64,000 nucleotides of DNA from Nibricoccus sp. Its GTDB lineage: Bacteria; Verrucomicrobiota; Verrucomicrobiia; Opitutales; Opitutaceae. How positions within the stretch are numbered: position 1 is the first letter of the stretch; each line of letters opens with the position of its first letter. The stretch lies in contig JASGHG010000001.1 in assembly GCA_047602425.1 (NCBI GenBank), positions 1,184,001 to 1,248,000 on the forward strand. The letters are read 5' to 3'. Below are positions 56,205 through 64,000 of this stretch, one piece after another. Both the position numbers and the translations under genes were made by a program. The notes below the pieces were generated by a model, which was not told the origin of the DNA, searched no databases, and saw only the letters and a list, made by a program, of their open reading frames with translations.

Positions 56205-56578
56205 TGGAGAGATGAGGCTATATTCCCCGTTTAACCTCACACACCAACCCTGTCGGCCAAGGGCCTCCCCCGAAAGCCGATGGACACCCTTCAACACCCA
56301 AGCCAATCCCCGCCATTTTTTTAGATACTAATCACTGTTCGGCGTTTCATCCCAGCTTCGCCCTTAACACCAACGCCGTTCGCAAATTACCGTTTTCGCC
56401 GGCCCCCGCGATCACGATAAGTCTCAATTTGTAAGTTATTTATTGCTATTAAATTTGGGGAGCTCAAGGGAAACTCCATGGGCGGGCCGGGGCTCGTCCA
56501 TGGAGCCAATTTCAAAACTATCCACAGCGATTCCAAAACCTCCGCGATAAAACCTGCGCCCATCCGCACAACGCACCA

Positions 56579-57610
56579 ATGTTGCCCATCTTCCACACCG
56601 TCGCCCGCCTGACCTTGGCCGCCCTTTGCGTCGCCACCAGTTTAGGCACTTCGAGCGCAAAACAAGTGAGCCCTCATGACCCCGTCATGGCGAAGGAAGG
56701 CAACACCTACTACCTTTTCAGCACCGACCCGGGCATCCGTTTCTACGCGTCGACCGACATGGTCACTTGGAAACTTGCCGATCAAGTTTTCCATACCGAA
56801 CCCACTTGGGCCAAAAAAGTTGCCCCCGGATTCAACGGACATCTCTGGGCGCCCGACATCATTCAGAAGGACGGAAAATTCTACCTTTACTACTCCGTTT
56901 CCGCCTTCGGCAAAAATACCTCCGCCATCGGAGTCACCACGAACAAAACCCTCAACCCCGCTTCACCTGATTACAAATGGGAAGATCAGGGCATCGTAAT
57001 CGAATCCGTTCCTGGCCGCGACAATTGGAACGCCATCGATCCCAACGTCGTGGTTGACGACCAAGGCACAGGTTGGATGAGCTTCGGCTCTTTTTGGGGC
57101 GGGCTGAAACTCTTCAAGCTCGACGCTAGCTGGACCAAGCCCGCCGAACCACAAGAATGGCACACAATCGCCCGCCGTGAACGCCCGGCTTTCACGGACG
57201 ATCGCACCGGCGGCCCCGCTGCCCTCGAAGCCCCTTTCATCTACAAAAAAGGCGAGTATTTTTACCTCTTCGTTTCGTGGGACCGCTGCTGCGCCGGCAA
57301 AGATAGCACCTACAAAATGGTGATCGGACGTTCGAAGGATGTTCGCGGCCCCTACCTCGACAAAACCGGCAAAGACATGGCCAAGGGCGGAGGCACGCTT
57401 CTCCTCGCCGGCAACGAAAAATGGCCCGGCCTTGGCCACAACGGCGTGTACAATTTCGACGGTAAGGACATTATAGTTTTCCACGCTTACGAAACCGCGG
57501 ACCGCGGCCTGCAAAAACTAAAAATCGCCGAACTCCTCTGGGACCAAGATGGCTGGCCCTTCATCGATCCCGCCGTGCTCGATACCTACCAAAGCGTGCT
57601 CGTGAAATAA
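56579..57610 (+). CDS. GH43 arabinan 1,5-alpha-L-arabinanase (Arb43A-like)
   Basis: HDP, LWAPD, YYSVSAFGKNTSAIG, NAIDP, FGSFWGG, EAPF, DRCC, GHN. Confidence 0.9.
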   Translation: MLPIFHTVARLTLAALCVATSLGTSSAKQVSPHDPVMAKEGNTYYLFSTDPGIRFYASTDMVTWKLADQVFHTEPTWAKKVAPGFNGHLWAPDIIQKDGKFYLYYSVSAFGKNTSAIGVTTNKTLNPASPDYKWEDQGIVIESVPGRDNWNAIDPNVVVDDQGTGWMSFGSFWGGLKLFKLDASWTKPAEPQEWHTIARRERPAFTDDRTGGPAALEAPFIYKKGEYFYLFVSWDRCCAGKDSTYKMVIGRSKDVRGPYLDKTGKDMAKGGGTLLLAGNEKWPGLGHNGVYNFDGKDIIVFHAYETADRGLQKLKIAELLWDQDGWPFIDPAVLDTYQSVLVK

Positions 57611-57661
57611 TTTTTCCGCTCTCTCGCCGCTCGTTCTCCCTGCTCCCCCGCTCCCCGCTCA

Positions 57662-59242
57662 ATGAACAACTCCCCGTCCTCGCAAAAACTTTCTTTCATC
57701 GAGAAACTCGGCTTCGGCGCCGGCGACCTCTCCATCAACGTCGTCGTCTACTCGCTCTTCATGCTCCTTCTGATTTTTCAGACGGACGTGTTCGGCCTGA
57801 CACCTGCCGACGCGGGTAAACTTGGACTACAAATTAGAGCGCTGGATGCACTGCTGGACCTGACGATGGGCGTCATCACCGACAAGTTTAATACGCGGTG
57901 GGGACGTTACCGGCCCTACCTCCTGCTCTTCGCCATTCCTTTTGGACTTTCCATCGTTCTGCTCTATACCACGCCTGATTTCACTAGCTACGCGAGCAAA
58001 CTAGTTTGGGCTTACGCGACATACGCGTTCACCATGGTTATGTTTACGGCAGTCGTGATCCCGTACATTTCGCTGCCTGGGGTCATTACCAATAGTCCTC
58101 AGGAACGGCTCTCCGCCAATGGCTATCGCCTCTTCATGGCTAAAGTTGGCGCAACCGCCTTAGCGTTCGCTGTGCCGCTACTCGTGAAAGAATGGGGCAT
58201 GGGTAATCCAGCAAAAGGATACCAACTCGCGATGGGACTAATGGGGGTTGTTGCAGCGGTTCTTCTGTTATTCTGCTTTTTTACTACAAAAGAACGAGTT
58301 CAGCACACAGCCGATAAAATCTCGCTATGGGCACAGTACAAAATGCTCATGAAAAACGATCATTGGCTTATCCTGTGTGCAGTTTGCGTTATAGGTACCA
58401 TCGGCTACGTCATCCGGACCGGCGTTGCCGCTTACTATGCTAAATACTATTTAGGCGGGGACGAAAAAGTTCTAGCGACGTTTTTAACCGTCAGCACTGT
58501 CGCATCGATTCTCGCGATGGTCGCCTCGACGTGGATCACAAAGCGCATCTGTAAACTCCAGCTCTTTCGTTGGAGCCAAATTATCGCGATGTTGATCAGC
58601 GTCGCGATGTATTTCGTGGTCAAACCAGGCGACACGATGCTGGCTTTCGTTTTCTTCTTCGTAATTTTCTTTGTCGTAGATCTCCATGCGCCCGTCTTCT
58701 GGTCATTGATCTCCGAATCCATCGACTATGGTGCCATCAAAACCGGCGAACGTGTCACGGGCCTAGCCTACGGCGGTATTTCATTTTACCAAAAAGCAGG
58801 TGGTGGTTTGGCGACTTGGATCACGAGTTATTTGCTGACGTATTGCCACTACGTGCCAAACCAAATCCAAAGTGATGGCGCGCTAAGAATGATCGCGCTG
58901 ACCACAGCAGTCATCCCGGCCATCTTTAATCTCCTTATGGCTTTGGTCATGTTTAAATACAAAATCACTGACAAATATTACCACCTGATGCTTTCGAATC
59001 CTGCCTCTGTCGATCTGCATGGCGGCAAACTAACACGCGCGACAAATCATATCCTGGCAATTGGTATCATCGCCCTGACCTGCATGTTTTTCTATTTCAT
59101 TTTGGATTCTACCGAGCTTGTGGCGTTCATGCCTCGTTGGATAGGCCTTTCGATTACCACGGCCGGGATCATCTGGCTCGTTGTCGACTACTTTAAAAAT
59201 CAGTCCGATAAGGCGCGTTCTTCCCCCGCGGTCAATAGCTAA
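57662..59242 (+). CDS. Glycoside-pentoside-hexuronide (GPH) cation symporter
   Basis: EKLGFGAGD, DALLD..MG.I.D..NTRWGRYRPY, IPY.SL...IT..PQER, IDYG..KTG.R. Confidence 0.9.
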   Translation: MNNSPSSQKLSFIEKLGFGAGDLSINVVVYSLFMLLLIFQTDVFGLTPADAGKLGLQIRALDALLDLTMGVITDKFNTRWGRYRPYLLLFAIPFGLSIVLLYTTPDFTSYASKLVWAYATYAFTMVMFTAVVIPYISLPGVITNSPQERLSANGYRLFMAKVGATALAFAVPLLVKEWGMGNPAKGYQLAMGLMGVVAAVLLLFCFFTTKERVQHTADKISLWAQYKMLMKNDHWLILCAVCVIGTIGYVIRTGVAAYYAKYYLGGDEKVLATFLTVSTVASILAMVASTWITKRICKLQLFRWSQIIAMLISVAMYFVVKPGDTMLAFVFFFVIFFVVDLHAPVFWSLISESIDYGAIKTGERVTGLAYGGISFYQKAGGGLATWITSYLLTYCHYVPNQIQSDGALRMIALTTAVIPAIFNLLMALVMFKYKITDKYYHLMLSNPASVDLHGGKLTRATNHILAIGIIALTCMFFYFILDSTELVAFMPRWIGLSITTAGIIWLVVDYFKNQSDKARSSPAVNS

Positions 59243-59271
59243 GCCCATACGATCTCTAAATCGCCTAAACC

Positions 59272-60225
59272 ATGGCCAACCTCCAAGCCCTTCTTCCTCT
59301 CATCCAGCAGCGCGCCGATCCGTGCATCCGCAAGCACACCGACGGCTATTATTATTTCGTTGCGTCGTACCCCATCTACGACCGCATCGAACTGCGTCGC
59401 GCCAAAACCATCGCCGAGCTCGCCATCGCGCAGACATCCGACGTCTGGAAAAAACCGGACATCGGTCCCTACAGCGAGCTCATCTGGGCTCCGGAAATTC
59501 ATTTCAACATGGGAGCATGGTACATCTATTTCGCCGCAGCCCCTTCGCGTGCCATCAAGGACGACCTTTTCCAACACCGCATGTACGCGATCACCACCAA
59601 CGCGGAGAACCCGTTGTGGGGAGAGTGGAAATTTTGCGGTCAGATCAATACGGGCTTCGACACGTTCTGCCTCGATGCCACGACGTTCACCCACAAAGGC
59701 GTGCTCTACTACGTCTGGGCGCAAAAAGAGCCCGGCATTCACGGCAACTCCAACCTTTACATCGCGCGCATGGAGACGCCGTGGAAACTCACGGGCAAAC
59801 ACGTGCGCATTTCCATACCCGAATACGATTGGGAAACGCACGGTTTCTCCGTCAACGAAGGCCCGTCGGTGCTCATTCGTCGCGGCCGCGTGTTTATCAC
59901 CTATTCGGGCAGCGCCACCGACGAAAACTACGCCATGGGCCTGCTCCACGCCGACGAAAACGCCGATTTGCTCGACCCAAAGAGTTGGACCAAATCGCCC
60001 AAGCCGGTCTTCCTGACCAACTTCGAGCTCGGCCTGTACGGCCCCGGCCACAACTCCTTCACCGTCGCCGAGGATGGAGTCACCGATATGCTGGTCTACC
60101 ATGCCCGCACTTATACCGAGATCAAAGGCGACCCGCTGTGGGACCCCAACCGCCACACCTATGTCAAAGCATTGAAATGGGGTTCCGATAATATGCCCAT
60201 TTTCGGCCGCCCCGGGGAAGCCTGA
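59272..60225 (+). CDS. GH43 alpha-L-arabinofuranosidase, cytoplasmic (no signal peptide)
   Basis: QRADP, IWAPEIH, FCLDAT, VNEGP, YSGSATDENY, GPGHNSFT, DPNRHT. Confidence 0.9.
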   Translation: MANLQALLPLIQQRADPCIRKHTDGYYYFVASYPIYDRIELRRAKTIAELAIAQTSDVWKKPDIGPYSELIWAPEIHFNMGAWYIYFAAAPSRAIKDDLFQHRMYAITTNAENPLWGEWKFCGQINTGFDTFCLDATTFTHKGVLYYVWAQKEPGIHGNSNLYIARMETPWKLTGKHVRISIPEYDWETHGFSVNEGPSVLIRRGRVFITYSGSATDENYAMGLLHADENADLLDPKSWTKSPKPVFLTNFELGLYGPGHNSFTVAEDGVTDMLVYHARTYTEIKGDPLWDPNRHTYVKALKWGSDNMPIFGRPGEA

Positions 60226-60291
60226 CTACAACCCGTCCTCGCCGAACCGATACCCAATTTACAGCACCCACAGCCTAGTTCCTTCTTCGCC

Positions 60292-62283
60292 ATGAAAGTC
60301 TTCAGCCTTCTTGCCCTCAGCCTCGCCGCAGCCCTCTCACTACGCGCTCAAACCACTCCGACGTTCGCCGACGTCACCGTCCACGATCCTTCTGTCATCA
60401 AGGAAGGCACTCGTTGGTATGTCTACGGCTCCCACGGAGCCTCGGCTTGGACAACCGACCTGATGCATTGGAACCAAGTTGCGGTCAGCGTAAACTCGGG
60501 CAGCCCCGCACATTTCAATACTTTTCAAACCGAGTTGTCGGACCTCATCAGTTGGACAAGCGCCACCACGCTTTGGGCGGCCGACATCAAAAAGCTCAAC
60601 GGCAAATTCTATTACTACTACAACGTCTGGAATAACCCCGGCGGCGCGTACCGCAGCTACATGGGACTAGCAACCTCCAACACCATCGAGGGTCCTTACA
60701 CCAACACCGGCAATCTCCTGAAAGGCGGCGATACGGGCTTCAATGCAGCGATCCATCCCAATACGGTCGATCCTGCCGTTTTCTACAATGCCGACAGTAG
60801 TAAATTGTGGATGCTCTATGGTTCGTACTCCGGAGGCCTGTTCATACTCGAACTCGAAAACGACACCGCCTCAGCCAATTTCGCCAAACCCAAAGCTGGA
60901 CAGGCGAATCTCGGCTTTGGCAAAAAACTTTTCGGCGGCAACCATGCGCAAATCGAGGGTGGATACGTGGTCTACGATCCGGATACGCAATTCTACTATT
61001 TGTTCATGTCCTTCGGCGGCCTCGGCGCAGAAACAGGCACTTACAACATGCGCGTAGCCCGGTCGGTTAACGCCGATGGTCCTTTCCTGGACTCGGCTGG
61101 CACTGACCTCTCTACCCTCACAACAAGCGGCACTTTGTCGACGATCGCTCCCTATGGCGTGAAGCTCATGGGCAATGTGCAGTTTGCGCATGTGGCCGCT
61201 GACAAGGGCGCGACCGCCTCCGCCGGTTACGTCTGCCCGGGCCACTGCTCCGTCTATCGTGATCCGACAACGAAACAGTATTTCCTGATCTTCCACACGC
61301 GATTTTTCTCCACAACCGCCGACCAGGGACATTCAGTCCGCGTACATCAGATGTACATGAATGCAGATGGCTGGCCAGTCGCCTCGCCCCATCGTTATGC
61401 CGGCGAAACGATAGCCATCACCCCCACCGCCAACCTCCTTGGCGATTTCAAAGTGATCGTTCAAAACAAGTCGATGCCCACCACCACTCAAAGTGGTTCG
61501 GTTTACACGATTCCAATGAACACGTCGTCGGTCGCCACGTTCCACGCCGACGGCACCATCACAGGCACTTACACGGGCACGTGGTCCATAACCAATGACA
61601 CCGGCAACACCAAATCCTATGCTACCATCGTGATCGGCGGGACCACTTACAAGGGCGTCTATTCCACCCAATGGGATAACGACAACCAGGCGTGGGTGCC
61701 CTGCTTCAGCGCGATTTCCACCGGTGCGGCCGCCGCCATCGACAATGGCGTCGCGCTTTGGGGCAGCAAAGTTTCCGCCACCCCCGTTGCCCCTGTCTTC
61801 ACTACGCAGCCCACCAGCAGCGTGGCTTTGAATGTCGGCAGTTCCCTCTCGCTCAACGCAGTCGCCTCTGGCGTCTTCACTCCCGACTATCAGTGGTATA
61901 AGGACGGCGCGCTCATCAGCGGTGCGAACACCAATACCTACACCGTAAACAACGTTACGACTGGCCACGCGGGTGTTTACTACGTCACTGCTGTCAACAC
62001 CGCCGGCATCGCCACCAGCAACACCGCTACGGTCACCATCACGAGCAGTTCCTCGTCGTCATCGAGCTCGTCTTCCTCCTCGAGCTCCTCGTCCAGTTCG
62101 TCCTCCTCCAGTTCAAGCAGCAGCTCATCGAGCTCCTCTTCGTCCTCGAGCAGTTCGAGCGGCAGCCCCAATCCCCCGGCTCCCGCCCCGAGCGGTGGCG
62201 GCGGTGGTGGCGCTCCAAGTCTCTGGTTCCTCAGTGCCATCTTTGCCTTGGGCCTCCTGCGCCGAACCATAACCCGTCGCTAA
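60292..62283 (+). CDS. Secreted GH43 endo-arabinanase with C-terminal beta domain, Ig-like domain, polyserine linker and GlyGly-CTERM-like anchor
   Basis: VHDPS, YGSH, WAAD, PNTVDP, YGSYSGG, IEG, PGH.S, FHTRF. Ig segment FTTQP...YQWYKDG...G.Y. 39 Ser, then SGGGGGGAPSLWFL-hydrophobic-RR. Confidence 0.88.
   Translation: MKVFSLLALSLAAALSLRAQTTPTFADVTVHDPSVIKEGTRWYVYGSHGASAWTTDLMHWNQVAVSVNSGSPAHFNTFQTELSDLISWTSATTLWAADIKKLNGKFYYYYNVWNNPGGAYRSYMGLATSNTIEGPYTNTGNLLKGGDTGFNAAIHPNTVDPAVFYNADSSKLWMLYGSYSGGLFILELENDTASANFAKPKAGQANLGFGKKLFGGNHAQIEGGYVVYDPDTQFYYLFMSFGGLGAETGTYNMRVARSVNADGPFLDSAGTDLSTLTTSGTLSTIAPYGVKLMGNVQFAHVAADKGATASAGYVCPGHCSVYRDPTTKQYFLIFHTRFFSTTADQGHSVRVHQMYMNADGWPVASPHRYAGETIAITPTANLLGDFKVIVQNKSMPTTTQSGSVYTIPMNTSSVATFHADGTITGTYTGTWSITNDTGNTKSYATIVIGGTTYKGVYSTQWDNDNQAWVPCFSAISTGAAAAIDNGVALWGSKVSATPVAPVFTTQPTSSVALNVGSSLSLNAVASGVFTPDYQWYKDGALISGANTNTYTVNNVTTGHAGVYYVTAVNTAGIATSNTATVTITSSSSSSSSSSSSSSSSSSSSSSSSSSSSSSSSSSSSSSSGSPNPPAPAPSGGGGGGAPSLWFLSAIFALGLLRRTITRR
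62044..62160 (+). repeat. Polyserine-coding low-complexity tract (39 codons)
   Basis: 39 consecutive Ser codons using all six synonymous codons. Confidence 0.9.
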
Positions 62284-62395
62284 TACCCCCGGAGGGCGAC
62301 AGCCCATTGTCGCCGCTTAGCTTTTCAAAATCCTCTCCTTCACAGAGGCGCAGTCTTTCCATGCGCCTCCGTAGCTCTCTTTCTCTGTTTTCCCG

Positions 62396-64000
62396 ATGAA
62401 ATACCTCGCCTTGCTGGCCGCCACCATCGTCGCCCTAACGAACTACCTGCCAGCGGCCAATCCGATCATTACCAGCATCTATACCGCCGACCCCGCGGCG
62501 CTCGTGTACGGCGACAAGGTTTATCTCTACACCGGGCACGACGAGGGTTCCACCAGCTACGTCATGAAGGACTGGCGGTGTTTTTCCTCTTCCGACATGA
62601 TCAATTGGACGGCCGAGGGCTCCGTCATGTCGCTGGCAACTTTTCCCTGGGCCAATCAGGTCATTGATGCCTGGGCCGGTCATGTCGTCGAGCGTGGCGG
62701 CAAGTTCTACTTCTACGCCCCCGTCAACCATGGCTCAGCGGCGCTAACCGGCTTCGCCATCGGCGTCGCCGTGGCCAATTCCCCCACCGGGCCTTTCGTC
62801 GATGCCAAAGGCTCCGCCCTCATCACCAACAACATGACGCCTGATCCAAACGGTCGCACCGATGTCTGGAGTTGGGACGACATCGATCCTGCCGTCTTCA
62901 TCGACGACGATGGCCAGGCCTACCTTTTTTGGGGCAACACCATCCTGCACTACGTGAAATTGAAGGCCAACATGATCGAACTCGATGGCACGATCCAAAC
63001 CATTTCCCTGCCCCAATTCACCGAGGCGCCGTGGATCCATAAACGCAATGGCATTTACTATCTCACCTACGCCTATGGCTGGTTTGAGAAAATCGCCTAC
63101 GCCACCGCCACCAACATCAATGGTCCGTGGACTTTCCGCGGCGTCATCTGCGAAACCGTCCAGAACTCCAACACCGTCCACCAATCCATCATCGATTTCA
63201 AAGGACGCTCCTACTTCATCTACCACAACGGCGCTCTTCCCGGCGGCGGGAGCTACCGGCGTTCCGTTTGTGTCGAATTTCTCAACTACAACGCGGACGG
63301 CACGATCGTCCCCATCGCACAAACCACCACCGGCATTGTCGCCAACTCCATCTTCGCCAACCCCACCAGCGTGGCGCTCGATAGCAGCGGCAACCTTTTC
63401 GTCGCCGATTCGACCCGGCATACCGTGGGCAAAATTTCCACCACCGGCCAATTTTCTCTTTTTGCTGGTTCCCCTGATGCGCAGGGCTCGACCGATGCCA
63501 CTGGCATCGCCGCCAGTTTCCGCCAGCCCACCGGCCTTGCGATCGACTCCAACAATAATCTCTACGTTTCCGACACCGGCAATTCCACCGTACGTAAAAT
63601 ATCCGCTGCCGGCGTCGTGACGACATTGGCTGGTTCGGCTTCCAACTCCGGTTCTATCAATGGCACCGGCTCAGCCGCACGCTTTTCCTCGCCAACAGAC
63701 GTTACCGCCAAAGCCGATGGCACGCTCTACGTCGCCGATACGGGCAATCATATCCTGCGCGCCGTCACTTCCGCCGGCGTGGTCTCCACCGTTGCAGGTT
63801 CGGCGGGGACCTCGGGCACCGCTGACGGCACGGGCTCGGCCGCACGTTTTAACGGCTCCGCTGGCGTCGCGGTCAATTCCACGTCTGGCGTCGTTTACGT
63901 GGCCGACACCACTAACAACACGCTGCGCGCTTCCACTGCCGCCGGCGTCGTCTCTACACTTGCCGGCACCTACGGCATTGCCGGATATGCCGATGGCACC
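62396..64000 (+). CDS. Secreted GH43 xylosidase/arabinofuranosidase-like enzyme fused to NHL repeats (runs off the window end; absent from the ORF track)
   Basis: Manual translation: MKYLALLAATIVALTNYLPAANPIITSIYTADPAALVYGDKVYLYTGHDE...DAWAG...WDDIDPAVFIDDDGQAYLFWGN...FTEAPW..., then NHL repeats (FANPTSVALDSSGNLFVADS; FRQPTGLAIDSNNNLYVSDTGN). Confidence 0.85.
   Translation, partial: MKYLALLAATIVALTNYLPAANPIITSIYTADPAALVYGDKVYLYTGHDEGSTSYVMKDWRCFSSSDMINWTAEGSVMSLATFPWANQVIDAWAGHVVERGGKFYFYAPVNHGSAALTGFAIGVAVANSPTGPFVDAKGSALITNNMTPDPNGRTDVWSWDDIDPAVFIDDDGQAYLFWGNTILHYVKLKANMIELDGTIQTISLPQFTEAPWIHKRNGIYYLTYAYGWFEKIAYATATNINGPWTFRGVICETVQNSNTVHQSIIDFKGRSYFIYHNGALPGGGSYRRSVCVEFLNYNADGTIVPIAQTTTGIVANSIFANPTSVALDSSGNLFVADSTRHTVGKISTTGQFSLFAGSPDAQGSTDATGIAASFRQPTGLAIDSNNNLYVSDTGNSTVRKISAAGVVTTLAGSASNSGSINGTGSAARFSSPTDVTAKADGTLYVADTGNHILRAVTSAGVVSTVAGSAGTSGTADGTGSAARFNGSAGVAVNSTSGVVYVADTTNNTLRASTAAGVVSTLAGTYGIAGYADGT

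Noticed and set aside
62044..62160. Repetitive tract as a CRISPR array or microsatellite
   Set aside because: It is an in-frame polyserine linker with mixed codons. No repeat-spacer structure or cas gene was seen anywhere in the window.

Overview
Bacterial chromosomal window, most likely from an Opitutaceae-like Verrucomicrobiota (inferred from the protein families and the C/A-rich, SD-less start contexts). From left to right it holds: a TonB-dependent receptor (truncated at the window edge), a LacI regulator, a beta-propeller sensor kinase/NarL pair, PL1 and CE8 pectinases, and tRNA-Thr(CGT). Next come queA, YceI, an M16 peptidase, an atypical Fur, a Tat-signal Mn-type SOD, and a vWA/histidine kinase/OmpR operon. 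A long minus-strand translation operon follows (rpmI-rplT-pheS-pheT-gatC-gatA-gatB), then rplI-dnaB-bamA-skp-lpxD-prs-degP and two tandem PL9-like lyases. The window ends in an arabinan-utilisation locus (GH127/146, ECF sigma plus Ser/Thr kinase, TBDR, four GH43 enzymes, GPH symporter). The most striking observation is two independent GxxExxY (PD-(D/E)XK-like) genes sitting exactly at the pheS/pheT and gatA/gatB junctions. Each is enclosed by its own long inverted repeat built from ~9-nt subunits, whose mismatches are mostly G-U on the mRNA strand. The mRNA could therefore loop out the nuclease gene and bring the host stop and start codons back together, like an intervening-sequence element in mRNA. 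Other notable signals are a 4x11-bp OmpR/PhoB-type box, a repeated TGTCGG-N17-CGCA candidate ECF promoter, and a Phe-rich micro-ORF/degenerate hairpin upstream of pheS. No CRISPR array, rRNA, integrase or transposase was seen. All family calls come from motif recognition by eye, not database searches.
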